Source: Verrucomicrobiales bacterium
GTDB taxonomy: Bacteria > Verrucomicrobiota > Verrucomicrobiia > Limisphaerales > J093
DNA length: 55,522 nucleotides
Assembly: GCA_037445715.1 (NCBI GenBank)
Contig: JBBIJZ010000005.1
Span: forward strand, 15,645-71,166
Reading direction: 5' to 3'
Below the pieces are notes generated by a model. The model did no database searches. It saw only the letters and a program-made list of their open reading frames with translations, and was not told where the DNA came from. Below, piece after piece: positions 37,430-45,139 of the stretch. Position 1 is the first letter of the stretch. Every line of letters begins with the position of its first letter. The position numbers were made by a program, and so were the translations under genes.

Positions 37430-38926
37430 ATGTTGCCCTGGACGATCTATCTGAGTTTCGCGGGCGCGCTGGTGTTGCTGGCGTGGCCGCGGCGTTGGGC
37501 CGGGGCGGCGCACGGCGTGGCGCTGGTGTTTGCCCTGGCCGGCGCAGTCTGCGGCATGCTGGGCGGACTGGCCTACCGGCCGGGCGGAGAATTGCTGACC
37601 CTGGTGCGGGTGCCGTGGGTGCCGGCGCTGGGCCTGGAGTATTACCTGGCCGTGGACGGTCTGAATCTGCCGCTGGTGTGGCTGACCGGCCTGGCGGCGG
37701 TGGCCGGCATTTTGTTTTCGTGGAACGTGACCGAGGCGCCGCGCGCTTTTTTTGCCCTGTACCTGGCCCTGATCGGCGGGGTGTACGGGGTGTTCCTGAG
37801 CTTCGACCTGTTCCTGCTCTTTTTCTTCTTCGAAGTGGCGATCATCCCGAAGTACTTCCTGATCGCCCGCTGGGGTTCGACCCGCCGCGAGTACGGCGCG
37901 ATGAAGCTGGCGTTGTACTCGTTTGCCGGCAGCGCGCTGGTGTTTCTGGGCGTGCTGGCGCTGTACGTCAACACGCCGGGTGGCAGCGCACCGCCGTTGG
38001 ACCTGGCGGCGCTGGCGCGGCGCGATTTCGACCCGGGGCTTCAACGCTGGGTGTTTCCGCTGTTCTTCGTGGGTTTCGGCGTGCTGGCCGGGTTGTGGCC
38101 GCTGCACACCTGGGCGCCGACCGGCCACGTGGCCGCGCCCACGGCGGCCTCGATGCTGCTGGCCGGTGTGGTGATGAAGCTGGGCGCCTACGGCGCGCTG
38201 CGCGCGGGCGTGGCGTTGTTCCCGGTCGGGCTGGCGGCGTGGCAGGGCGTGTTCCTCGCGCTGGCGGTCACGGGCATCGTTTACGGCGGGCTGGTCGCGC
38301 TGGTGCAGAAGGACTTCAAGTTCGTCATCGGTTACTCGAGCGTCAGTCACATGGGTTTCGTGCTGCTGGGGTTGGTGACGTTGAATCCGTTGGGCCTGGG
38401 CGGCGCGGTGCTGCAGATGGTCTCGCACGGCCTGATTGCGGGTCTGCTCTTCGCGGTGGTGGGCCGGATGGTGTATGACCGGGCTCACACCCGGGAACTG
38501 GACGAACTGAGCGGCCTGCGGCTGGCGCGGCGCCTGCCGTTCGCGGCAGCCACCTTCACTCTGGCCGGCATGGCCTCGATGGGGTTGCCCGGGTTCAGCG
38601 GCTTCGTGGCTGAGTTGTCGGTGCTGGTGGGCGCGTGGGAGGCGCGGCCCACCGCGGCGGTGATCACCGGGGCGGGCATCGTGATCGGCGCGGCCTACAT
38701 CTGGCGCGCGTTGCAAAAGGCCTTCGCCAGCGAACCGCTCCCGGACGCCGCCGGTTCGGCCGCCCTCGCGGCGCTGGAGCCCATCACCCTACCGGAGCGA
38801 CTGGGCGCAGGGTTGTTGCTGGCCGCGACGGTGGCGCTGGGCCTGTTTCCCGGGCTGGTGATGGATTACATCCTGCCCAGCGCGCGCGTCCTATTGGAGA
38901 CCCTGCACACCGGAGGTGCGCGGTGA
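37430..38926 (+). CDS. nuoM: Complex I subunit M (copy 2, atypical charged residues)
   Basis: FEVAIIPKY, GVLAGLWPLHTWAP, MKLGAYG, YSSVSHMG, GFVAEL. Confidence 0.9.
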   Translation: MLPWTIYLSFAGALVLLAWPRRWAGAAHGVALVFALAGAVCGMLGGLAYRPGGELLTLVRVPWVPALGLEYYLAVDGLNLPLVWLTGLAAVAGILFSWNVTEAPRAFFALYLALIGGVYGVFLSFDLFLLFFFFEVAIIPKYFLIARWGSTRREYGAMKLALYSFAGSALVFLGVLALYVNTPGGSAPPLDLAALARRDFDPGLQRWVFPLFFVGFGVLAGLWPLHTWAPTGHVAAPTAASMLLAGVVMKLGAYGALRAGVALFPVGLAAWQGVFLALAVTGIVYGGLVALVQKDFKFVIGYSSVSHMGFVLLGLVTLNPLGLGGAVLQMVSHGLIAGLLFAVVGRMVYDRAHTRELDELSGLRLARRLPFAAATFTLAGMASMGLPGFSGFVAELSVLVGAWEARPTAAVITGAGIVIGAAYIWRALQKAFASEPLPDAAGSAALAALEPITLPERLGAGLLLAATVALGLFPGLVMDYILPSARVLLETLHTGGAR

Positions 38927-40455
38927 ACACGACCCAGTTTCTCGAGCTGCTCAAACTTGCCGGTCCGGAAGTGCTGGTCACGTTGACGGCGCTGGCGGCT
39001 TTGCTGGTGGACCTGATGGTGATGCACGGGGCGCCGCTCCGCGCCCGCCGCGGCATTGCCACGCTGTTGACGGTGGTGGGCTGCGTGGCGGCCGGATTTT
39101 ACCTGGTCCATGTGCCGGTCCGGGCGGCCGGGGTGGGCGGCTTGTTCGCCGTGGACGCACTGACGCAACTGGTCAAGCTGGGGCTGGTGGGGCTGACCGC
39201 GTTGACCGCGGCGCTCTCCTTCGAGGCGGACTACACCGACCACGTGGGTGAACACTTTGCCCTGCTGCTGCTGGCCACGGTGGGGCTGATGGTCATGGCC
39301 AGTGCGGCCGACCTGGTGATGGTGTTCCTGGGGTTGGAACTGGCCGGCCTGTCCCTGTACCCGCTGGTGGCGCTGAACAAGGCCAGTCCGCGCGCGACGG
39401 AAGCGGCGCTGAAATACTTCTTCTTCGGGGCGCTGGCGGCGGCGTTCACGCTCTTCGGCTTCAGTTTCCTGTACGGTCTGACCGGCACGACCCATCTGGC
39501 CGGCATCGCGACCGCGCTGCGCGACCGGGGACCGGACCCGCTGCTGGCCGTGGCGGTGGGGATGTCGCTGGTGGGTTTCGGGTTCAAGGTGGCGGCGGTG
39601 CCGTTTCATCTGTGGGCCCCGGACGCCTACCAGGGCGCGCCGACGCCGGTGGCGGCGCTGATTGCTTCCGGCGCGAAACTGGCGGGCTTTTTCCTGCTGG
39701 GCCGGTTTGTGGCGTTGTCGCTGCCGGAAGCGCCGGGGCCGAGCGCGGCCGGGGCGACAGCGGGCTGGGTGCCGGTCGTGGCCGCGCTGGCGCTGGCCTC
39801 GATGGTGGCGGGGAACCTGGCGGCGCTGGCGCAGCGTGATTTCAAGCGCCTGTTGGCCTACTCGGCCGTGGCGCACGCGGGCTACCTGCTGCTGGCGGTG
39901 CTGGCGCTGAGAACGGCCTCCGACCGGCCGGCGGCGCTGGCGGCGCTGGTTTACTACGCTTTCACCTATGCGCTGGCCGGGCTGGGGGCATTCGCGGCGG
40001 CGGCTCACCTGGAACGCCGCACCGGCCAGGCCGCGCTGGACGGCTTGATCGGTCTGGGAAGGCAGGCCCCGTGGCTGGCGGCCGGGGTGGCGGTCTTCCT
40101 GTTGTCGCTGGCAGGGCTGCCGCCGCTGGCGGGTTTTCCGGCCAAGTTTTACGTGTTTGCCGCGGCGCTCGAACCGGGCCCGGCGGCCGGGACCTCGTTT
40201 TGGTTGGTGGTGGTGGCGTTGGGGTTGAGCCCGGTGGGCTTTTACTACTACCTGCGGGTGCTCAAGCTGGCCTGGGTGGCTGCGGAGAATGCCACGCCGG
40301 CACCCGCCTCCCCGGAAGGCGACCGCGCCCCGGCCGGCCGGGCCCTCGAAACCGCGGTGGCGCTGGTGGCGGCGGCGGGGGTCGTGTGGCTGGGGGTGTT
40401 CCCGGAGTGGCTGCTGGGGCCGTTGCGGGCGGCCATCCAGCAGGCGGGTTGGTGA
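38923..40455 (+). CDS. nuoN: Complex I subunit N
   Basis: GLEL..L..Y, EAALKYF, GFKVAAVPFHLWAPDAYQGAPT, KRLLAYS..AHAGY, GF.AKF; GTGA overlap. Confidence 0.93.
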   Translation: MNTTQFLELLKLAGPEVLVTLTALAALLVDLMVMHGAPLRARRGIATLLTVVGCVAAGFYLVHVPVRAAGVGGLFAVDALTQLVKLGLVGLTALTAALSFEADYTDHVGEHFALLLLATVGLMVMASAADLVMVFLGLELAGLSLYPLVALNKASPRATEAALKYFFFGALAAAFTLFGFSFLYGLTGTTHLAGIATALRDRGPDPLLAVAVGMSLVGFGFKVAAVPFHLWAPDAYQGAPTPVAALIASGAKLAGFFLLGRFVALSLPEAPGPSAAGATAGWVPVVAALALASMVAGNLAALAQRDFKRLLAYSAVAHAGYLLLAVLALRTASDRPAALAALVYYAFTYALAGLGAFAAAAHLERRTGQAALDGLIGLGRQAPWLAAGVAVFLLSLAGLPPLAGFPAKFYVFAAALEPGPAAGTSFWLVVVALGLSPVGFYYYLRVLKLAWVAAENATPAPASPEGDRAPAGRALETAVALVAAAGVVWLGVFPEWLLGPLRAAIQQAGW

Positions 40456-40488
40456 GCCGGGGGAATCGCGGCATCCGCACAGTGGCGG

Positions 40489-41652
40489 CTATTTTTCGCC
40501 GCTCGGGCGGAGACTCGGGTCCTCGATGACCACGTCGTATTCCTGGCGCAGCCCTTCGGCATAGGCAGGAAGCTGTTTCTCGACCATCTGGGCCAGGAGC
40601 AGGTCGCGAATGTCGTCCTCGACCTGCTCGAAGGGCAGCTTGATGGCCGGCTTGCGCTCGCGCACCCGGGCGAGGTAGTAACCGAGGGAGGTGGCGATGG
40701 GGTTGCTGAGCTGCTCGGGGGGGAGGCTGAAAAGCGCGTCCTTCAGCTCCGGGGCCATGGGCGTGTCGGCCGTGGCGAGGTAGCGGCCCCCGGTCCGGGC
40801 CACATCCGGGTCTTCGGAAACCTCGCGGGCGACTTTTTCAAAATCCTCCCCGGCCCGCAGGCGGGCCAGGGTGTTGGTGGCGCGCGCCAGCTTGGCCTTT
40901 TGCGCCTCCTCGGACAACGGCGCGCGGGTGACCGGGTCCAGGGTGTAGAACAGAATGAGGTCGGCGGTGACCTGTTCGGGCCGGGTGAGGCGGGCGAGAT
41001 TCGAGCGCCGCATGAGGTCCAGCCGGTTGGTGGCGTCGCGGTAAAACACGGTGTCCTGGTTGCCGGCGGCTTCGAGCTTGCGGATGGTCTCGCGCAGCTC
41101 GTGCGTGTGGAGGTCGTCGCCGGTCTCGTAAAAGGCCCGCACGTCCGCATCGGCCACGGTCAGCTTGGACTTGAGTTCGCGTTCGATGACCTTTTCGACC
41201 AGCGCCTGTTCGTGGGCGCGGGCCTCGAAGACTTCCGGCTTGAGGCCGGTGGCGATCAACTGACGGCGGTAGGACTCCTCGGAGGGCGCCTTCTTCTTGG
41301 TGTCGGCGATGAATTTTTCGGCCAGTTCGCGCGCCCGGGCTTTGTCGTCCTCGGTAGCTCGCTGGACCAGGATGCGCGTGAGGATCATGCGTTCGAGCAG
41401 GCGCGCGCGCAGGGCGGGTTCGTCCTGCCGGGCGATGGCCTGACCCTGGGTGGCCAGGGTGCCCTTGAGGGCGGTGAGGGTGTCGTCCAGCTCGGCCTGG
41501 CGGATTTCGAAGCCGCGCCCGCGGGCGATGACCGGGTTGTCGAACAGCGCGGCGCCGCGGGCGTGCGCCAGCCCGAGGGCCAGGGCCAGGACCAGGGCAA
41601 AGGGGCGGTCCGCCGGCCGCGCCCGGCGGCGGGCGAGCGAAACGGGGTGCAT
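40489..41652 (-). CDS. PpiC-type (parvulin) peptidyl-prolyl isomerase, SurA/PrsA-like
   Basis: Signal peptide; SurA-N-like helices; GEDFEKVAREVSED...GG; LFSL...QLS.PI.T.LGY; PFEQV...I. Confidence 0.85.
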   Translation of the reverse strand: MHPVSLARRRARPADRPFALVLALALGLAHARGAALFDNPVIARGRGFEIRQAELDDTLTALKGTLATQGQAIARQDEPALRARLLERMILTRILVQRATEDDKARARELAEKFIADTKKKAPSEESYRRQLIATGLKPEVFEARAHEQALVEKVIERELKSKLTVADADVRAFYETGDDLHTHELRETIRKLEAAGNQDTVFYRDATNRLDLMRRSNLARLTRPEQVTADLILFYTLDPVTRAPLSEEAQKAKLARATNTLARLRAGEDFEKVAREVSEDPDVARTGGRYLATADTPMAPELKDALFSLPPEQLSNPIATSLGYYLARVRERKPAIKLPFEQVEDDIRDLLLAQMVEKQLPAYAEGLRQEYDVVIEDPSLRPSGEK

Positions 41653-41656
41653 CGGC

Positions 41657-43264
41657 TCAGAGGGTGACCACGTGGAGGTTGGTAATGTCCGGATCGCGGC
41701 GCATTTCCTCGATCGCCTCGGGGGGCGGCACGCTGTCCAGGTTGAAGACGGTGAAGGCCTGGCCGCCGGCGACGTCGCGGCTCAGGCTCATGCTGGCGAT
41801 GTTGACGTTGTAGCGGCCGAGCAACGAGCCCAGGTGCCCGACCATGCCCGGCCGGTCCTTGTTGTTGAGCATGAGCACCACCCCGCTGGGGACAATCTCC
41901 GTGGGCATGCTGAAGACCCGCACGATGCGCGGGTTGTCCGGCGAGCCGAAGAAGGTGCCACCGCCGGAGACCACCTTGCGGCCGCCGCTGAAGACCTGGA
42001 CGTGCAGCCATTCGTTGAAAGTGACCGGTTCGTCCGAGCGCTTTTCCTCGACGGTCAGCCCCAACGAGGCGGCCACACTGCGCACGTTGATGTTGTTGAG
42101 ATTGTCCAGGGGCGTGCGCCGCAGGAAGCCCTGGAGGATGGCGCGGGTGACCGGGTCGGTGTTCGGCAGTTCACGCGCCTTGCCGCCGAAGGTGATGAAG
42201 AGGCGGTCCACCTGGAGCGGGGCCAACTGGCCGAGCAACCGGCCGAGTTTTTCGCCGAGCACCAGGTAGGGCCTGACCAGTTCGTAGGTGCGGGCGTCGA
42301 GGTGGGGCAGGTTCACCGCGTTGCGCACCTCACCGGTCAGCAGGTAGTTGGTGATGACCTCGGCGACCTCGATGCCGCATTTTTCCTGGGCCTCGGCCGT
42401 GCTGGCGCCCAGGTGGGGGGTCAGAATCAACGCCGGATGGCGGCGGAAGGGATGGTCGGCCGGCAGCGGCTCGGTTTGGTAAACGTCCAGCGCCGCGCCG
42501 GCGACCTTGCCCGAGTCCAGGGCGGCCAGCAGGTCGGCCTCGACCAGAATCTCGCCGCGCGCGCAGTTCACCAGGCGCACGCCGGGTTTCATTTTGGCGA
42601 AGGCGGCGGCGTTGAGCAGGCCCCGGGTTTGCTCGGTGGCCGGCATGTGGACGGTGAGGAAATCGGCCTCGCGCAGCACGGCGTCCAGGTGGTTGACCAG
42701 CTCGACGCCCAGGCCGCGGGCGCGGGCGTCGGTGAGGAAGGGGTCGTAGCCGAGCACGCGCATGTTAAAGGCGGTGGCGCGGCGGGCGACTTCGCTGCCG
42801 ATCCGGCCCAGGCCGAGGATGCCAAGGGTTTTGCCGGCCAGCTCGATGCCCTGGAAGGCTTTGCGGTCCCATTTGCCGGCGAGCATGGTTGCGTGGGCCT
42901 GGGGGATTTTGCGGGCCAGGTTCAAGAGCATGGCCAGGGTGAGCTCGGCGGTGCTGAGGGTGTTGCCGGCCGGCGTGTTCATCACCACCACGCCGTGTTG
43001 CGTGGCGGCTTCGACGTCCACATTGTCCACCCCCACCCCGGCCCGGCCCACCACGCGCAACCGGGGCGCCGCCTCGAAGACCTCGCGGGTGATTTTGGTC
43101 TCGGAACGCACCACCAGCGCCACGGCGTCACCGACCACCGCGGCCAGCTCCGACGGGGAAAGGCGCTTGTCGAGGACCTGGACCTCGAACTCGGGACGCT
43201 GTTGCAGCAGGGCAATGCCCTTGGGCGACACGGGGTCGCACACGATGATTTTCATACGGGCCAT
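41657..43264 (-). CDS. serA: D-3-phosphoglycerate dehydrogenase (ASB+ACT type)
   Basis: VRSETK, GRAGVGVDNVD, GLGRIG, NCARG, TPHLGAST.EAQ, C-terminal N.DRPG ACT domain; start ATG 43264 or 43255. Confidence 0.95.
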   Translation of the reverse strand: MARMKIIVCDPVSPKGIALLQQRPEFEVQVLDKRLSPSELAAVVGDAVALVVRSETKITREVFEAAPRLRVVGRAGVGVDNVDVEAATQHGVVVMNTPAGNTLSTAELTLAMLLNLARKIPQAHATMLAGKWDRKAFQGIELAGKTLGILGLGRIGSEVARRATAFNMRVLGYDPFLTDARARGLGVELVNHLDAVLREADFLTVHMPATEQTRGLLNAAAFAKMKPGVRLVNCARGEILVEADLLAALDSGKVAGAALDVYQTEPLPADHPFRRHPALILTPHLGASTAEAQEKCGIEVAEVITNYLLTGEVRNAVNLPHLDARTYELVRPYLVLGEKLGRLLGQLAPLQVDRLFITFGGKARELPNTDPVTRAILQGFLRRTPLDNLNNINVRSVAASLGLTVEEKRSDEPVTFNEWLHVQVFSGGRKVVSGGGTFFGSPDNPRIVRVFSMPTEIVPSGVVLMLNNKDRPGMVGHLGSLLGRYNVNIASMSLSRDVAGGQAFTVFNLDSVPPPEAIEEMRRDPDITNLHVVTL

Positions 43265-43344
43265 CGGGTAACTCTGAACGGCTCGGCGGGCAGCGTAGAG
43301 AATCCCCGCCAGCGGGTCAAACACGCGGGGCGTGGCGTTTCCCC

Positions 43345-43710
43345 AAATGACGCACGGAGCAGACGCCGAAGAGCGCCAGTCGGTGGCTTAGTGCGGTGAA
43401 CCTGTTGGGGCGGGGCCACCCGACACTCGACGTCCGGCCGATCGCATTCTTCCACTTCGATGTTTCGCACGCCGTATCGGCAAACCAGGTGTTGATGTTC
43501 CGGCCCGGCGGGGCGCAGCACCTCGGAAGCGCGCCACGCCGTCGCCCGGGTCAACTCGCTGCACCAGCTTTTCCCCGGCAGGGCAACGCCCGGCAAGCCG
43601 TGGCCGGGTCCCGGTTCCGCCGGGATTGGTGAATAGCCCCGCTGGTGAGCAGGGGTCGCATGCCGGTCAGGTGCCTCCAGACGGCCCGAGCGGTCCGGTC
43701 AGGCGTCGCG
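43345..43710 (-). pseudogene. Fur/Zur-family transcriptional regulator pseudogene (at least 4 frameshifts)
   Basis: Stitching the minus frames gives RLTGP/RAVWRHL...DPATACRAL/LVQRVDPGDGVARF/EVL....EHQHLVC....NIEVEEC...E.RVA/NRF...SHRLALFGVC, colinear with a Fur protein. Confidence 0.8.
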
Positions 43711-43886
43711 TGGCAAGGTGCGGGCGTCCGGCGAAACTGACCAGTGGGCGGGTCGGTTGCGGCGGCTCGGGAAGACAGGCTCCGGGACGCCCATGAAGGC
43801 ATGGCGGCTTGTCGCTTTTCCCCGGCCTCATGGGGCGTTGATCGCGGCGCTCCGCCACGATCGCCGGGTGGCCCGGGCCCACCGGC

Positions 43887-44141
43887 TTACTTCATCAGGA
43901 GCATCTGCCGGGCGCGCTTGACTGCGCGGGTCATGCGCCGCTGGTAACGCGCCGGCAGGCCGGTGTATTTGCGGGGCAGGATGCGGCCGGCGTCGGTGAC
44001 GAATTGCTTGAGGAGATTGACGTTTTTGTAATCGAGGGCTTCCAGGGGGAAGTCCACCTTGGGCCGGGGCCGCGGGGTGCGGATTTCCATCGCCGTCCGG
44101 CGGCGCGGCTCGGTTTTCTCCAGATTGGTCTTGCGGGGCAT
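43887..44141 (-). CDS. rpsR: 30S ribosomal protein S18 (Cys-free form)
   Basis: [13 protein letters not shown]...GRILPR..TG....QR....AVKRAR. Confidence 0.95.
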   Translation of the reverse strand: MPRKTNLEKTEPRRRTAMEIRTPRPRPKVDFPLEALDYKNVNLLKQFVTDAGRILPRKYTGLPARYQRRMTRAVKRARQMLLMK

Positions 44142-44147
44142 GGGCGT

Positions 44148-44315
44148 TTACTTGATTTCGCGGTGCAAAGTGCGGCGGCGCAAGAAGCGGTTGTATTTCA
44201 TGAGCTCGAGGCGCTCGGTCTGCAGCTTCTTGTTGCGGGTGGTTTGGTAGCGGGAAGGCGGTTTGCCTTCCTTGCGCGCTTCCGTGCACTCGAGGGTGAC
44301 AATTTCGCGGGGCAT
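44148..44315 (-). CDS. rpmG: 50S ribosomal protein L33 (one Cys; absent from the supplied ORF track)
   Basis: Manual translation [55 protein letters not shown]. Confidence 0.93.
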   Translation of the reverse strand: MPREIVTLECTEARKEGKPPSRYQTTRNKKLQTERLELMKYNRFLRRRTLHREIK

Positions 44316-44321
44316 GGCGGC

Positions 44322-44930
44322 TTATTCCTTTTCCTTGACCGGTTTTTCCTCGTCTTCGATTTCCTCGTCCACTTCGGGCGGGGCCACGACATCCACCACG
44401 CCCAGGTTGCCGAGCCGGCGCTGGCGGATGGCGCCCTCACGCTCCAACTGGGCTTGGGCTTCCACGGTGAACCGGGTCCACGGGATGGCGTCCAACCGGG
44501 CCATGGGGATGGGCTTGTGCGTCAGTTCGCAAATCCCGTAGGTGCCCTTCTGGATGCGTTTGATGGCTTCGTCAATTTCGTAAATGGCGTCCTGATCGGC
44601 CGAGAGCAGGCTCAGGGCGAAGTCCCGGTCGAAGTTGTCGGTGCCCGAGTCGGCCATGTGCAGGCTGTAGCCCTCCATCTCCGCGGCCGATTCCTTGGCC
44701 AGGCCGTTCATCTGGCGCAGGAGCCGCTCCCGCAGTTCGACCAGCCGGTTGTAGTATTTCTGCCACTCGGGCCGGATGCCGGCCCGCACGCTCGCCTGCT
44801 GGGCGGCGTTTTTCTTGTCCTGTGGGACCACGGAGTGCCCCAGAATGGCCGCGGCCGTGGCCGCGGGAACCACTTTGGGACGATGGCCGGTGGACGCGCG
44901 CTTGGCGGCGCCTGTCTTCTTCTGTGTCAC
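44322..44930 (-). CDS. TraR/DksA family transcription factor
   Basis: HMADSGTD.FDRD.ALSL, EID.A.KRI..GTYGICE.T..PI...RL.AIPW; start GTG 44930 uncertain. Confidence 0.88.
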   Translation of the reverse strand: MTQKKTGAAKRASTGHRPKVVPAATAAAILGHSVVPQDKKNAAQQASVRAGIRPEWQKYYNRLVELRERLLRQMNGLAKESAAEMEGYSLHMADSGTDNFDRDFALSLLSADQDAIYEIDEAIKRIQKGTYGICELTHKPIPMARLDAIPWTRFTVEAQAQLEREGAIRQRRLGNLGVVDVVAPPEVDEEIEDEEKPVKEKE

Positions 44931-45139
44931 GGCTCGAACTTCACTTGGTTGATTCTTCGAGCGCCCGGAGCCGAGCATCTCCCGTCCGGGCGGGCCGCAC
45001 AAACTAGCAAAGAAGCCGCGGACTGCCAGAAAAAATTCGCGCGAAAATGTTCCGGCCTCCCGCAGCGGCTGATCGCCGACCCGACCCGACTTGCGCCAGC
45101 CCCGGCACCCCCCTACCCTGCCCGACACCATTTTGCACC

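Noticed and set aside
31765-40455. Mrp Na+/H+ antiporter or Hyf/Ehr hydrogenase membrane module
   Set aside because: Clear NuoH, J, K, L, M and N motifs; no MrpE/F/G, HyfE or hydrogenase-like subunits
43620-43800. Possible riboswitch or 6S-like RNA upstream of serA (GGTCAG/CTGACC pairings)
   Set aside because: No convincing consensus match; the region is better explained as the 5' part of the fur pseudogene
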